64,000 nucleotides of DNA from Nitrososphaerota archaeon (lineage in GTDB: Archaea > Thermoproteota > Nitrososphaeria > PSMU01), in the NCBI GenBank assembly GCA_040290255.1, contig PSMU01000001.1, forward strand, positions 320,001-384,000, written 5' to 3'. Positions 8,858-18,740 of this stretch are shown piece by piece; position 1 is the first letter of the stretch, and the number at the start of each line of letters is the position of its first letter. The translations under genes and the position numbers were made by a program. Below the pieces are notes generated by a model. The model was not told the origin of the DNA, made no database searches, and was given only the letters and a program-made list of their open reading frames with translations.

Positions 8858-10029
8858 GCGTAGGCCCATATCCTCGCCAGGGCCGGCTCGAGGCCGCTGT
8901 AATTGCCGACGCGGCGGGCCACCTCCTTGGCCCTCTCATGCAGGGGGCCCTTTAGCGCCCCGAGGATGGCTTCGCCCAGGGCCCCGGGCGTTAGCGTGGC
9001 CTCGTGAAGCAGCTTGCCCACGCCCATGAGCTGCATCCTGCGCGCATTTCCTATCTGCTCGCTGTGCTTGCTGATGGGCACCACCACGCAGGGCTTGCCG
9101 AGGCGAAGGCACCAGCTGAGCGTGTGATGGCCGCCCCTGCAGACGACGAGCTCGCTGAGGCGCATGAGGGCCTCTACATAGGGGCACCATTCCAGGTACC
9201 AGCCCCAGGGCATCCTCCTGGGCTCTTGGCTCCCGGCGGGCTCGGCGCCCACCACCACTACCCCCACCCTTCCGCGCAGCGCCTCGGCGGCCCTAAGGTA
9301 GAGCGAAGTGAGCCGACGCCTGGAGGGGCCCGGGCCACCGGAGAGCAGCAGCACGAAGCCGCCCTCATTCAGGCCAAGCTCCCGGCGCGCCCTTTCCAGG
9401 AGGCTTCCCTCGATCAGCAGCCCGTCGAGGATGGGTCCCACGAACTTAGCCCTCCTGAGGCTGATCGCGTTCACCACGTTCAGGTGCGATATCGTGTAGG
9501 GCGGCGGATAATCGAGGATCAGCACTTCATCGGCGCGCGCTATGGCGAAGAGGCTGAGCGCCCCGAAGGCCTTTTCGGCCCACGAGAGCCTCTGCCTCTC
9601 CGCCGAAGGAGGGGAGGAGAGCCACAGCTGGTTCCAGAGGGAGATGAGCGGCCTGCGAAGGGCCAGGGCGGAAGGATAGGGCGATAGCTTGCTGTCCGCC
9701 ACGACCACGTCGGCGCGGGCTACGAGCCGGGCCTCGACGGCGACCTGGCGGGCGAAGAGCGGCGCGATGTCGGGCAGCTGCCTCACCGTCTTCTTCATGG
9801 ATACGTCTCCCGCCTCGCCCCAGCCCACATCGAGCACGGGGGAGGGGATGAGCAGGTCGACCAGCGGGCGCAGCAGCAGCGCGGCCTCGCCCGAGGCGGT
9901 GGCCGTAACAAGGGCCCCCTTCCTCTTCAGGCCTAAGATGAGGGCCGCGTCCCTCTTCGCGTGGCCGAGCCCCGTGCTGAAGACGGAAAAGTGGACCCTG
10001 ACGCGCTTCAAATTTCGCCCGCGGGGCAA
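8845..10029 (-). CDS. GT-B glycosyltransferase (GT28/MJ1255-like)
   Basis: GLGHAKR, VCRGGHHTL, GKPCVVVP and HSEQIGNA. Confidence 0.85.
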   Translation of the reverse strand: MPRGRNLKRVRVHFSVFSTGLGHAKRDAALILGLKRKGALVTATASGEAALLLRPLVDLLIPSPVLDVGWGEAGDVSMKKTVRQLPDIAPLFARQVAVEARLVARADVVVADSKLSPYPSALALRRPLISLWNQLWLSSPPSAERQRLSWAEKAFGALSLFAIARADEVLILDYPPPYTISHLNVVNAISLRRAKFVGPILDGLLIEGSLLERARRELGLNEGGFVLLLSGGPGPSRRRLTSLYLRAAEALRGRVGVVVVGAEPAGSQEPRRMPWGWYLEWCPYVEALMRLSELVVCRGGHHTLSWCLRLGKPCVVVPISKHSEQIGNARRMQLMGVGKLLHEATLTPGALGEAILGALKGPLHERAKEVARRVGNYSGLEPALARIWAYAHQG

Positions 10030-10097
10030 GGGGGGCCGACGTTTAAGGCTGTCCCCGCGGCAAAAGCTTAATAGGCCACGAGCGCGCCGCGCAAGCG

Positions 10098-11060
10098 ATG
10101 ATTTCGCTGGCCGGGCAGGTGCAGGAGGCGCGGGGCGTGAAGTTGGTGGAGCACGAGGGGCTGAAGAGGTGGACGGGCACCACGCTGGTGAAGCGCGGCT
10201 TCCCGGCCATGTGCAAGCATGGAGTCATCATGGATGTCACGAGCGTGGAGCAGGCCCAGATAGCGGAGGAGGCGGGGGCCGTGGCGGTGATGGTGCTCGA
10301 TAAGCTGCCGTACGACGTGCGCAAGGCGGGGGGCGTGGCCAGGACGGCCAGCCTCAAGGTCATAGAGCAGATAATGGACCACATAACGATCCCCGTCTCG
10401 GCTAAGTGCAGGATCGGCCATGCCTACGAGGCCAGGCTGCTGGAGGAGCTGGGCGTGGACCTCATCGATGAGAGTGAGGTGCTAACGCCCGCCGACGAAG
10501 TTAACCACATCTGGAAGTGGGACTTCACGGTGCCCTTTGTCTGCGGCGCGAGGGACCTGGGCGAGGCGCTCAGGAGGATCCAGGAGGGGGCCAGCATGAT
10601 CAGGACGAAGGGCGAGCCCGGCACGGGCAATGTGGCGGAGGCCGTCAAGCACATGAGGCTCATCGGGAGGGAGCTCGCCCAGCTGCGTGGACTCTATGAG
10701 CTGGGCAAGATGGAGGAGCTGCTGGCGGTGGCCAGGGAGTACAGGATCTCGCCCGAGCTGACCATAGAGACGGCCAAGCTGGGCCGCCTGCCCGTCGTGA
10801 ACTTCGCGGCAGGGGGGATCGCGACGCCGGCCGATGCGGCGCTGATGATGGCCCTGGGCGCGGATGGCATCTTCGTGGGCTCGGGCATCTTCAAGTCCGA
10901 GGACCCCATCGAGAGGGCCCGCGCCATCGTGATCGCCACGACCTACTGGGATGATCCCAAGACGGTGGCCGAGGCCCAGAAGATGGTCGATGAGAAAAAG
11001 TCCATGGCGGGAATAGCCGGCCCCGAGCTGGACCTGCGCATGCAGGAGAGGGGCACCTAG
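10098..11060 (+). CDS. pdxS: Pyridoxal 5'-phosphate synthase lyase subunit
   Basis: [35 protein letters not shown] and [13 protein letters not shown]. Confidence 0.97.
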   Translation: MISLAGQVQEARGVKLVEHEGLKRWTGTTLVKRGFPAMCKHGVIMDVTSVEQAQIAEEAGAVAVMVLDKLPYDVRKAGGVARTASLKVIEQIMDHITIPVSAKCRIGHAYEARLLEELGVDLIDESEVLTPADEVNHIWKWDFTVPFVCGARDLGEALRRIQEGASMIRTKGEPGTGNVAEAVKHMRLIGRELAQLRGLYELGKMEELLAVAREYRISPELTIETAKLGRLPVVNFAAGGIATPADAALMMALGADGIFVGSGIFKSEDPIERARAIVIATTYWDDPKTVAEAQKMVDEKKSMAGIAGPELDLRMQERGT

Positions 11061-11061
11061 C

Positions 11062-11304
11062 CTACAGCTCTTCTTCCAGCCTAACGTACAGGATGTTATT
11101 TCCCCTTATGACCACATGGCCCAGGTTGGCCAGGGGCCCCCTCGTGCCCTCCTCCTCCGCCTCCACCAGGTATAGGTTCATGTAGTCATCCGCCTTGAGC
11201 AGGCGGCCCCTGTACACCGTGTTGCTCTTCAGCTTGACCTCCACCCTCCTGTTGAGGCTCTTGTAGAGCAGCTGCAGCGGCTTCCTCATGTTGAGCGCGG
11301 GCAC
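11062..11304 (-). CDS. Sm/Lsm family RNA-binding protein (SmAP)
   Basis: VEVKLK..YRGRL...DDYMNLYL and VIRGNNILYV (Sm1/Sm2 motifs). Confidence 0.93.
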   Translation of the reverse strand: MPALNMRKPLQLLYKSLNRRVEVKLKSNTVYRGRLLKADDYMNLYLVEAEEEGTRGPLANLGHVVIRGNNILYVRLEEEL

Positions 11305-11356
11305 GAGCGGGGCTGCGGATGGCTGAGGTTAAAAAGCTACCGCCGAAGGTGGCCAG

Positions 11357-12211
11357 GTGGCCGGCGAGGAGAGGCTGAGGGAGCTCGCCAAGAGGGCCGG
11401 GATCCCCTCGCTCCTGGACCTGGCGCTCATGCCCGACGCGCTGCTGCGCGAGCAGGGGCTGACGGAAGAGGAGGTCCGCGAGCTCCGCGCCCTGCTCCGC
11501 GAGCGCCATGGGAAGGCGCTCGAGCCCCTGGAGCCGGCCCGCGCGCCGCCCAGGTTGGCGACGGGCTGCGCGCCCATCGACGGGCTGCTCGGCGGGGGCT
11601 TCCCGCGGGGCGAGCTGCTGGGGATCGTGGGCGAGAGGGGGGTGGGCAAGACGACGCTGGCCCTCCAGGCCGCGGCGCTGGAACTGGCGCGGGGGCCGCG
11701 GCGGCTCGTCGCTTACATCTACTCCTCGGGCGGCTTCAGGGCCGAGAGGCTCGCCCAGCTCATCTCCGCGCGCCGGCTCGGCGAGCCGAGGGAGCTGCTC
11801 GAGAGGCTTCTGGTGCTGAGGGCCCAGCAGGCCTGGCAGCTCTTCGCCGCGCTGGAGAGGCTCAGGCGCCTCTCCAACGGAGAGCTGCCGCTCGTAATAG
11901 CCGACGAAGTGCACGGCTGCCTTGAGGCCGGCCCGGGGCTCGCGCCCTCGCCCATGGCTCAGCACGCCCTGCTGCTGGACTTCGTGGGCGAGCTCAGGAG
12001 GCTCTGCTCCTCGCTGGGCAGCTGCGGGCTGCTCATCGTGCCGCTCGTGCTGGACGAGAGGCTAGGCCAGAGAAAGCCTGCCGGTTATCGCTTCTCGTTC
12101 CCGCTTTATGGCTATCTTCTGCTGGAAAGGAGGGGCAGGGCCTTTCGGGCGCGCTGCTCGCTCACGCGGCAAGTGGCGCCCTACGAAATAGGGGAGGAGG
12201 GCCTAAAGTAG
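11357..12211 (+). CDS. RecA/Rad51-family paralog (RadB/aRadC-like ATPase)
   Basis: LATGCAPIDGLLGGG, Walker A GERGVGKT, FRAERLAQL and VIADE. Confidence 0.8.
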   Translation: MAGEERLRELAKRAGIPSLLDLALMPDALLREQGLTEEEVRELRALLRERHGKALEPLEPARAPPRLATGCAPIDGLLGGGFPRGELLGIVGERGVGKTTLALQAAALELARGPRRLVAYIYSSGGFRAERLAQLISARRLGEPRELLERLLVLRAQQAWQLFAALERLRRLSNGELPLVIADEVHGCLEAGPGLAPSPMAQHALLLDFVGELRRLCSSLGSCGLLIVPLVLDERLGQRKPAGYRFSFPLYGYLLLERRGRAFRARCSLTRQVAPYEIGEEGLK

Positions 12212-12478
12212 GGTGGAAAGCACTATGAGCGTGAAGAGCCAGGCCACCACGTAGGTGCCCGCGCCCTCGCTAAACCACCTGTTCCTCTCCTCCTGCGGGA
12301 GGTCCCGCGCCAGGATGAACCGGGCCAGGTAGTAGGTGAGCAGATAGCCCGCGAGGATCAAGGGGAGCGAGAGGTAGGCCAGCCCCTCTCCGCCCATGGC
12401 CACGATAAGGAAGGAGAGGAGGCCCATGGCCGCCCCGGCCGCGGCCCTGAGCCAGAAGATCCTATCCCTGGGCTTCAC
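12203..12478 (-). CDS. Small three-TM membrane protein, EMC6/Rab5ip-like
   Basis: IFWLR..GAAMG...GYLLTY...EGAGTYVVAWLFTLIVLSTL matches the EMC6-type three-helix pattern. Confidence 0.55.
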   Translation of the reverse strand: MKPRDRIFWLRAAAGAAMGLLSFLIVAMGGEGLAYLSLPLILAGYLLTYYLARFILARDLPQEERNRWFSEGAGTYVVAWLFTLIVLSTLL

Positions 12479-12529
12479 GAGGCGGCCCCCGCCCTAACTT
12501 TTATTAAGCTATGTCCCCGACGGCGCCCC

Positions 12530-13099
12530 ATGGCGGCGCTGGAGCGCACCAAGATCCTCGTTAGGGAGGTGATGAACAGCCCACCCATCACGCTCAAGGT
12601 GGGCTCCAGCGCGCTCGAGGCGGCCCGGCTGATGAAGAACATGCAGGTGGGCAGCGTCATCATCGTGAGAAGCGAAAGGCCCGTGGGCGTCGTGACGGAC
12701 AAGGACCTGGTAACGAAGGTGCTGGCCGAGGGCCGGGACCCGGGCAGCGTGCGCGTGGAGGAGATCATGTCCACCCCCCTGCCCACGATAGAGGCGGACC
12801 GCGACATCCTGGAGGCGGCCAAGCTGCTCAGGGAGAAGGGCGTGAAGAGGCTGGGCGTGACGAGCAGGGGGCGGCTGCAGGGGGTCATCACCATGACCGA
12901 TATACTGCTCGTCATGCCCGAGCTGGTCGAGATCGTGTCTGAGAAGTCGATGCTCAAGAGAACAGGGAGGGAGAGGGCGCCGGGCTACGTCACCGGCTAC
13001 TGCGACCGCTGCGAAACCTGGTCGGACTACCTCCTGGAGGTCGACGGCGAGTACCTCTGCGAGGAGTGCAGGCGTGAGGCCCCCACGCCCGAGGGCTGA
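12530..13099 (+). CDS. CBS-pair protein with C-terminal Zn ribbon
   Basis: Two CBS repeats followed by GYCDRC...YLCEEC. Confidence 0.9.
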   Translation: MAALERTKILVREVMNSPPITLKVGSSALEAARLMKNMQVGSVIIVRSERPVGVVTDKDLVTKVLAEGRDPGSVRVEEIMSTPLPTIEADRDILEAAKLLREKGVKRLGVTSRGRLQGVITMTDILLVMPELVEIVSEKSMLKRTGRERAPGYVTGYCDRCETWSDYLLEVDGEYLCEECRREAPTPEG

Positions 13100-13108
13100 G
13101 CCGCCAGC

Positions 13109-14455
13109 TTGCCGGGCCCGCGCCTGCTCATAAGGAACGCCCGCAGGCTTCTTCCCGATGGCGGCCTGGAGACCTGCCATCTTCTCTCGAACGAGCAGGG
13201 CCTGATCGAGTACATAGGGAGGCAGGAGCCTCCAGCCCAGGGGGAGGTGCTCGAGGCCGGCGGCCGCCTGCTGGTGCCGGGGCTCGTGGACGCGCACGTG
13301 CACCTAAGGGACTGGGGCGAGGCGCACAAGGAGGACCTTTCGACCGGCACGAAGGCGGCACTGGCCGGCGGCTTCACGACGGTGGCGGAGATGCCCAACA
13401 CGAAGCCCCCCATCACGGCCGCAGCGCTGCTGGAGCGGCGGTTCAGGGATATCAGGCAGAGGGCCTACTGCCACGTGGGCGTCTGGAGCTCCCCCTCCTC
13501 GCCCGCCGCCGCCGCCGAGCTGGCCGCGCTGGGCACGCTGGGCTTTAAGCTCTACCTGCACAGGCCGCTGGATGGCGCCGACTACAGCAGGCAAGAGGCC
13601 CTTGCCCCCCTCTTCGAGCAGGCCGCGCGCCTGGGCCTGCCGGTGGTGGTGCACGCGGAGCTGAGCTCGCTTCTGCGCCCGCTGGGAGAGGCCTACGATG
13701 CCCACGAGCACGCCAGGGCCCATCCTCCCGAGGCCGAGCTTGAGGCGGTGCGCTCCGTGCTGGAGCTGAGCGCCCGCACGGGGACCAGGCTTCACATAGC
13801 GCACGTGAGCTTGGCGGGCTCCCTTCGTCTCATTCAAAGGGCCAGGGCGGAGGGGCGCGCGGTGAGCTGCGAGGCGACGCCCCACCACCTGCTGCTCAGC
13901 GCGCGGGAGCTGGGCCGCCTGGGCCGCCTGGGCATCGTGGAGCCGCCGCTGAGGCAGGCCAGGGATGCGGCCTCGCTGAGGAGGGGGTTGAAGAGCGGCC
14001 TCGTGCAGGTGATAGCCTCCGATCACGCGCCCCATGCCCTGGATGAAAAGGCCTCCCCCCGCCCCCCGCCGGGTTTTCCCGGGCTCGAGGTGGTGGTGCC
14101 CGTGCTCTTCACGTGGGCCAAGAGGGGGCTGCTGGGGCTGGGCGAAGTGATCCAGGCGCTCACCAGGTCGCCCTGCGCCCTCTTGGGCTTAAACGATAGG
14201 GGGGAGCTGAGGCAGGGGCTGAGGTGCGACCTCGCGCTCATCGACCTTAAGGCCGAGGGGATCCTGGACCCCTCGCGCTTCCTCTCGAAGGCAAAGTACT
14301 CGCCCTTTTCGGGCTTTAAGTATGAGGCGGCGGTCCATGCGACGATCATAGGCGGAAAGGTCGCATATATAGAGGGGGAGGTGCTGGAGAGGCTGGGCGA
14401 TGTCGTCAGGGGCCCCCTCGCTGCTCGTGGATTCCATGCTGGGGAGCCTGGCTAG
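13109..14455 (+). CDS. pyrC: Dihydroorotase
   Basis: PGLVDAHVHLRD, AGGFTTVAEMPNT, EATPHHL and ASDHAPH. Confidence 0.93.
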   Translation: MPGPRLLIRNARRLLPDGGLETCHLLSNEQGLIEYIGRQEPPAQGEVLEAGGRLLVPGLVDAHVHLRDWGEAHKEDLSTGTKAALAGGFTTVAEMPNTKPPITAAALLERRFRDIRQRAYCHVGVWSSPSSPAAAAELAALGTLGFKLYLHRPLDGADYSRQEALAPLFEQAARLGLPVVVHAELSSLLRPLGEAYDAHEHARAHPPEAELEAVRSVLELSARTGTRLHIAHVSLAGSLRLIQRARAEGRAVSCEATPHHLLLSARELGRLGRLGIVEPPLRQARDAASLRRGLKSGLVQVIASDHAPHALDEKASPRPPPGFPGLEVVVPVLFTWAKRGLLGLGEVIQALTRSPCALLGLNDRGELRQGLRCDLALIDLKAEGILDPSRFLSKAKYSPFSGFKYEAAVHATIIGGKVAYIEGEVLERLGDVVRGPLAARGFHAGEPG

Positions 14456-14912
14456 GAAGCTGAGGCTCTACGGGCTAGATGCCGAATACGAGCCCAGGGC
14501 CTCGGACCAGGAGCTGCTCTCGAGGGCGAGGGACGAGGGGAGGGTGCTCATCAGCTCGGACAGGGCGCTCGTCGCGCGAGCGAAGCGGCTGGGGGTTGCG
14601 GCCCTGCTCGTCGAGGCGGGAGGGGATGCGGAGGCCCTCGCCCAGGTCTTCCTGGGCCTGGGCCTTAGGCCCGAGGGCCTCTCGCCCGATAGGGCGCGCT
14701 GCTCGCGCTGCAACGGGGAGGTGGCCAGGGCCTCCAAGCGGAGCGTCAGGAACAAGGTGGCTCCGCGCACCTTCTCGGCCTACTCGGCCTTTTACATCTG
14801 CCGGAGGTGCGGCAAGGTCTACTGGGAGGGCGCGCACTGGAGGCGGATCCTGGCGCTGCACGGCCGCGTGCTAAAGCTCCTGGCCGCCGCTCGTTCACGG
14901 CCCACCCTCTGA
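14400..14912 (+). CDS. Mut7-C RNase domain protein (DUF82)
   Basis: DSMLGSLARKLRLYGLD, RCSRCNG and CRRCGKVYWEGAHW. Confidence 0.92.
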   Translation: MSSGAPSLLVDSMLGSLARKLRLYGLDAEYEPRASDQELLSRARDEGRVLISSDRALVARAKRLGVAALLVEAGGDAEALAQVFLGLGLRPEGLSPDRARCSRCNGEVARASKRSVRNKVAPRTFSAYSAFYICRRCGKVYWEGAHWRRILALHGRVLKLLAAARSRPTL

Positions 14913-14956
14913 GCGGGGTTTAAAACTTAATAATAAACCCAAGCCGGCCTCATCAA

Positions 14957-16201
14957 ATGGAGTCGTACGCCAAGGACTTCATAGCCTTGGAGCGACTTCA
15001 TTCGCCTCCCGTGTGGGAGAGGCACATCGAGATCGTCGAGAGGAAGGGCAAGGGCCACCCCGACACGCTCATCGACTGCCTCGCGGAGGATGCCTCGCTC
15101 GCGCTGGCCAACTACTACTATAAAACCTACGGCAGGCTCCTCCACTACAACCTGGACAAGGGCATCATCGTCGGAGGGCGCTCGGCCCCCAGGTTTGGGG
15201 GCGGGGAGGTGCTGGAGCCCATCTATATCCTCCTGGCCGGGCGGGCGACGAGCAGCGTGGCGGTGGAGGGGAGGCAGGAGTTCATCCCCGTGGTGCCCCT
15301 GGTGCTGGGGGAGGCCAGGCGGTCCCTCAGCAGGCTGCTTCGCTTCCTAGACCCCGACAGGCACGTGGTCGTGGACTGCAAGGTAAAGCAGGGCTCCGGG
15401 GAGCTGATCAAGCTGGTGGGCGAGGGCAAGCTGGGCGCGGGGCCCGGCGTCCTGGCGAACGACAGCTCTCTGGGCGTGGGCTTCGCCCCGCTCAGCCCCC
15501 TGGAGGGGCTCGTGCTCAACGTGGAGAGGCACCTTAATTCAGAGGCGTATAAGCGCGTGCATCCTGAGGTGGGCGAGGACGTTAAGGTGATCGCGGTCCG
15601 GAGGGGGGATCAGGTGGAGCTCACGGTGGCCGCGGCCATGATCAGCCACCTCGTGAAGGACCGCGCACATTACAGGAGGATAAAGCAGGAGGTGGCCGAG
15701 GAGGTGCAGCAGCTGGCCCAGGGGCTGCTCCCCCAGGGCTACTCGCTGAAGGTGAACATAAACGCCGCGGACAGGGAGGAGGAGGGCTACTGCTACATCA
15801 CCGTGACGGGCACCTCGGCGGAAATGGGCGATGATGGAAACACGGGCAGGGGCAACAAGGCGAACGGGCTCATCACGCCCATGCGGGAGCAGTCGATGGA
15901 GGCCGTGGCGGGGAAGAACGCGCTGAACCATAGCGGGAAGCTCTTCAACCTCCTCGCGCAGCGCATGGCCGAAGAGGTCTGCCAGATCTCCGGCATAAGG
16001 GAGGCCTACGTGAGGCTCGTGAGCAAGATAGGCCATCCGCTGAAGAGGCCCCTGCTGGCCAGCGTGGGCCTCGTGCTGGAGCCGAGCGTCACCCTCGCTT
16101 CGGTGAGCGAGAGGGTGGAGAACGCCGTGCTGGCCAAGCTGGAGGAGCTGCCCCTGCTCACGCAGGAGCTCCTAAGCGGGCGCCTGCGCGCCGTCTGCTA
16201 G
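14957..16201 (+). CDS. mat: S-adenosylmethionine synthetase (archaeal type)
   Basis: EIVERKGKGHPD, HYNLDK, ANDSSLGVG, GEDVKV and GDDGNTGRGN. Confidence 0.95.
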   Translation: MESYAKDFIALERLHSPPVWERHIEIVERKGKGHPDTLIDCLAEDASLALANYYYKTYGRLLHYNLDKGIIVGGRSAPRFGGGEVLEPIYILLAGRATSSVAVEGRQEFIPVVPLVLGEARRSLSRLLRFLDPDRHVVVDCKVKQGSGELIKLVGEGKLGAGPGVLANDSSLGVGFAPLSPLEGLVLNVERHLNSEAYKRVHPEVGEDVKVIAVRRGDQVELTVAAAMISHLVKDRAHYRRIKQEVAEEVQQLAQGLLPQGYSLKVNINAADREEEGYCYITVTGTSAEMGDDGNTGRGNKANGLITPMREQSMEAVAGKNALNHSGKLFNLLAQRMAEEVCQISGIREAYVRLVSKIGHPLKRPLLASVGLVLEPSVTLASVSERVENAVLAKLEELPLLTQELLSGRLRAVC

Positions 16202-17062
16202 CACATACGAGAGCGCCTCGGCCTCGCCGAGCTCCACTCCGAACCTCCTCCTGAAGAAGAGCAATATGTTCCTCACGTCCCTGCGGAGCAGCGCCAGGGC
16301 GTTGGGATGGCTGGAGGGCAGCGCCTGGGGCCAGTCGATGATCCAGCAGCCGCCGCTCCTGTCGCAGAGCACGTTGAAGGGGCTCAGGTCCGCGTTCACC
16401 AGGCCCCCGCGATATGCCCTGCCTATCTGCTCCAGCAGCTGCCTGAGCATGAGCGCCGGGTCCGGCAGCTCCCTGACGCGCCAGAGCAGGTCGCCCTCCA
16501 CCCTCTCGGCCACCACGGCGTGGAGCCTTCTGGCCACGGGCCTGGGCACCCTCACGCCCAGCGAGTAGGCCCTCTTGGCGTTCCTGAACTCCCTGGCGGC
16601 CGCCTCGATGCTGATGCGCAGCCACCCGCCCGCCTCGCCCGGGCCCACGTAGGCCCTCTTCCTCCTCACATCCCTGAAGCTCACCCTCCCTATCCTGTAG
16701 AGCTTTAGCGAGAGCGCCTCCCCCTTTTCGCCCAGGGCCTCGTACACGTCCGCCTCCTTGCCCATGCCCAGGGCCCGGCCCAGCGAGGTGATGATGCCCG
16801 CCTCCCTCAGCTCCTTAAGCGCGAGCGCATCGAGCCCCCTGCTCAGCAGCACGTAACCTCCCCTCAGCCTCGCGATATAGCGCCTTCTGTGCAACCGGCC
16901 CAGCTCCTCCTTCACCTTGGAGGGGCTGAGCCCCGTCAGGGCCACCAGCTCCCTTGTGCTTAGCGCCTCTCGCGCCCTCAGGGACCTTGCCCAGGCCTTC
17001 AGCAGCAGAAGCTGCTCTCGCCCCAGGCCTCCTAGCCCGGCGAAGAGCTCATGAAGCGACAA
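16172..17062 (-). CDS. rio2: RIO2-type Ser/Thr kinase
   Basis: N-terminal wHTH, GMGKEADVY, NADLSPFNV and IIDWPQ. Confidence 0.9.
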   Translation of the reverse strand: MSLHELFAGLGGLGREQLLLLKAWARSLRAREALSTRELVALTGLSPSKVKEELGRLHRRRYIARLRGGYVLLSRGLDALALKELREAGIITSLGRALGMGKEADVYEALGEKGEALSLKLYRIGRVSFRDVRRKRAYVGPGEAGGWLRISIEAAAREFRNAKRAYSLGVRVPRPVARRLHAVVAERVEGDLLWRVRELPDPALMLRQLLEQIGRAYRGGLVNADLSPFNVLCDRSGGCWIIDWPQALPSSHPNALALLRRDVRNILLFFRRRFGVELGEAEALSYVLADGAQAPA

Positions 17063-17068
17063 CCTGCC

Positions 17069-18700
17069 CTAGCGGGCCAGGCTGGGGGCCGTCAGCGGCA
17101 GGACCTGCCCCGTCCTCCTCCTCCAGGCCTCCCTGACGAGCCAGAGGTAGGCCGGCTCGGGGCTGAGGGCCTTGCTCGAGAACTCCGGATGGAACTGCGT
17201 CGCGAGGAAGGGCCTTCCCCTGAGCTCCGCGATCTCCACCCTCCTGCCATCCTCGCTGAGGCCCGAGAAGACCACGCCGGCCCGCTCGAAGGCCTCGCGG
17301 TAGCTCAGGTTCACCTCGTAGCGATGGCGGTGGCGGCGCCTTATGGTCGTGCTGCCGTAGATGGCATGGGCCAGCGTGCCCTCGAGGATCCTGACCACGT
17401 GCGCGCCCAGCCTCATGCTGCCGCCCATCCTCTCCACCCCCCTCTGCTCGGGAAGGAGGTCGATCACGGGATGTGGCGTCTTAGGGTCGAGCTCCGTGGA
17501 GTTGGCCTCGGTCAGCCCCAGGTAGCTTCTCGCTATGGCGACCAGGCCCAGCTGAAAGCCGAAGCAGAGGCCCAAATAGGGAAGCCCCTCGCTGAGCGCG
17601 CGCTGGGCGGCCCTTATTATTCCCTCGCTTCCCCTCCTATCAAAGCCTCCGGGCACCACGACGGCATCATGGCCCTCCAGCAGGCCCGCCGCGGCCCCCT
17701 CCTCAAACCTCTCGGAGGGCAGCAGGTCGACCTGCACCTTCAGGCCGTAGTGCAGGCCCGCATGCTCCAGCGCATGTAGTACGCTCACATACGTATCCCT
17801 GGTGGCGGCATATTTGCCCACGAGCGCGATCCTGACCTCCCCCTGCGGCCTCAGGCAGGCCTCCATGAGCCTCTGCCACTCGCCCCAGGCAAGGGGCCTC
17901 TCTTCGAGCTCCAGCTTCCTGCTGATGACGCGGTGCAGGCCCTCCTCGGCCAGCACCTTGGGCAAGAGATAGACCGAGGGAAGGTCCGGGCTCGAGATGA
18001 CGGCCTCCTGCTCCACGTTCGTGAAGAGGCTGATCTTGGCCTTCGCCTCCCTGCTCAGGTAGCTCTTGGAGCGCACGATGATCACGTCGGGCTGTATGCC
18101 TATCCTCCTGAGCTCCTGCACGCTGTGCTGGGTGGGCTTGGTCTTCTGCTCGCCTCCCGCCTCCGGGGCGAGCGTGACGTGAACGAAGAGCGTGTTCTTG
18201 GCGCCCTCCTCCAGCCTCAGCTGCCTAAAGCTCTCCAGGTAGGGCAGGCCCTCGATGTCGCCTACGGTGCCGCCGCACTCCACGAGCAGGACCTCGGCGC
18301 CCGTCCTAGAGGCCAGCTCCCTGATCCTGCGCTTCACCTCGTCGGTGATGTGGGGGATTATCTGCACGCACTTGCCCAAGTACTCTCCCCTCCTCTCCCC
18401 CTCGATGACGCTCAGGTAGACCTGGCCGGTCGTGATGTTGGCCTCCTTGCTGAGGTCGAGGCCAAGGAACCTCTCATAGGTGCCTATGTCCATATCGCAT
18501 TCGCCCCCGTCCTCGGTCACAAAGACCTCGCCGTGCACATAGGGGTTCATGGTGCCGGCGTCCACGTTCAGGTACGGATCTATCTTCGCACATGAGACGT
18601 TATAGCCCATGAGCTGAATGAGCTTAGCCGTCGAGGCGGTCACAACCCCCTTGCCCAGCCCCGACATCACTCCGCCAGTTACGAAGATGAACTTCCGCAT
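17069..18700 (-). CDS. pyrG: CTP synthase
   Basis: [33 protein letters not shown] and QFHPEF. Confidence 0.98.
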   Translation of the reverse strand: MRKFIFVTGGVMSGLGKGVVTASTAKLIQLMGYNVSCAKIDPYLNVDAGTMNPYVHGEVFVTEDGGECDMDIGTYERFLGLDLSKEANITTGQVYLSVIEGERRGEYLGKCVQIIPHITDEVKRRIRELASRTGAEVLLVECGGTVGDIEGLPYLESFRQLRLEEGAKNTLFVHVTLAPEAGGEQKTKPTQHSVQELRRIGIQPDVIIVRSKSYLSREAKAKISLFTNVEQEAVISSPDLPSVYLLPKVLAEEGLHRVISRKLELEERPLAWGEWQRLMEACLRPQGEVRIALVGKYAATRDTYVSVLHALEHAGLHYGLKVQVDLLPSERFEEGAAAGLLEGHDAVVVPGGFDRRGSEGIIRAAQRALSEGLPYLGLCFGFQLGLVAIARSYLGLTEANSTELDPKTPHPVIDLLPEQRGVERMGGSMRLGAHVVRILEGTLAHAIYGSTTIRRRHRHRYEVNLSYREAFERAGVVFSGLSEDGRRVEIAELRGRPFLATQFHPEFSSKALSPEPAYLWLVREAWRRRTGQVLPLTAPSLAR

Positions 18701-18740
18701 GGCCAGCTCCTCGCTCCTGCCTAAATTAACTTTACGCGCC

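Noticed and set aside
10098-11060. pdxS without adjacent pdxT
   Set aside because: pdxT may lie elsewhere; absence cannot be judged from one window
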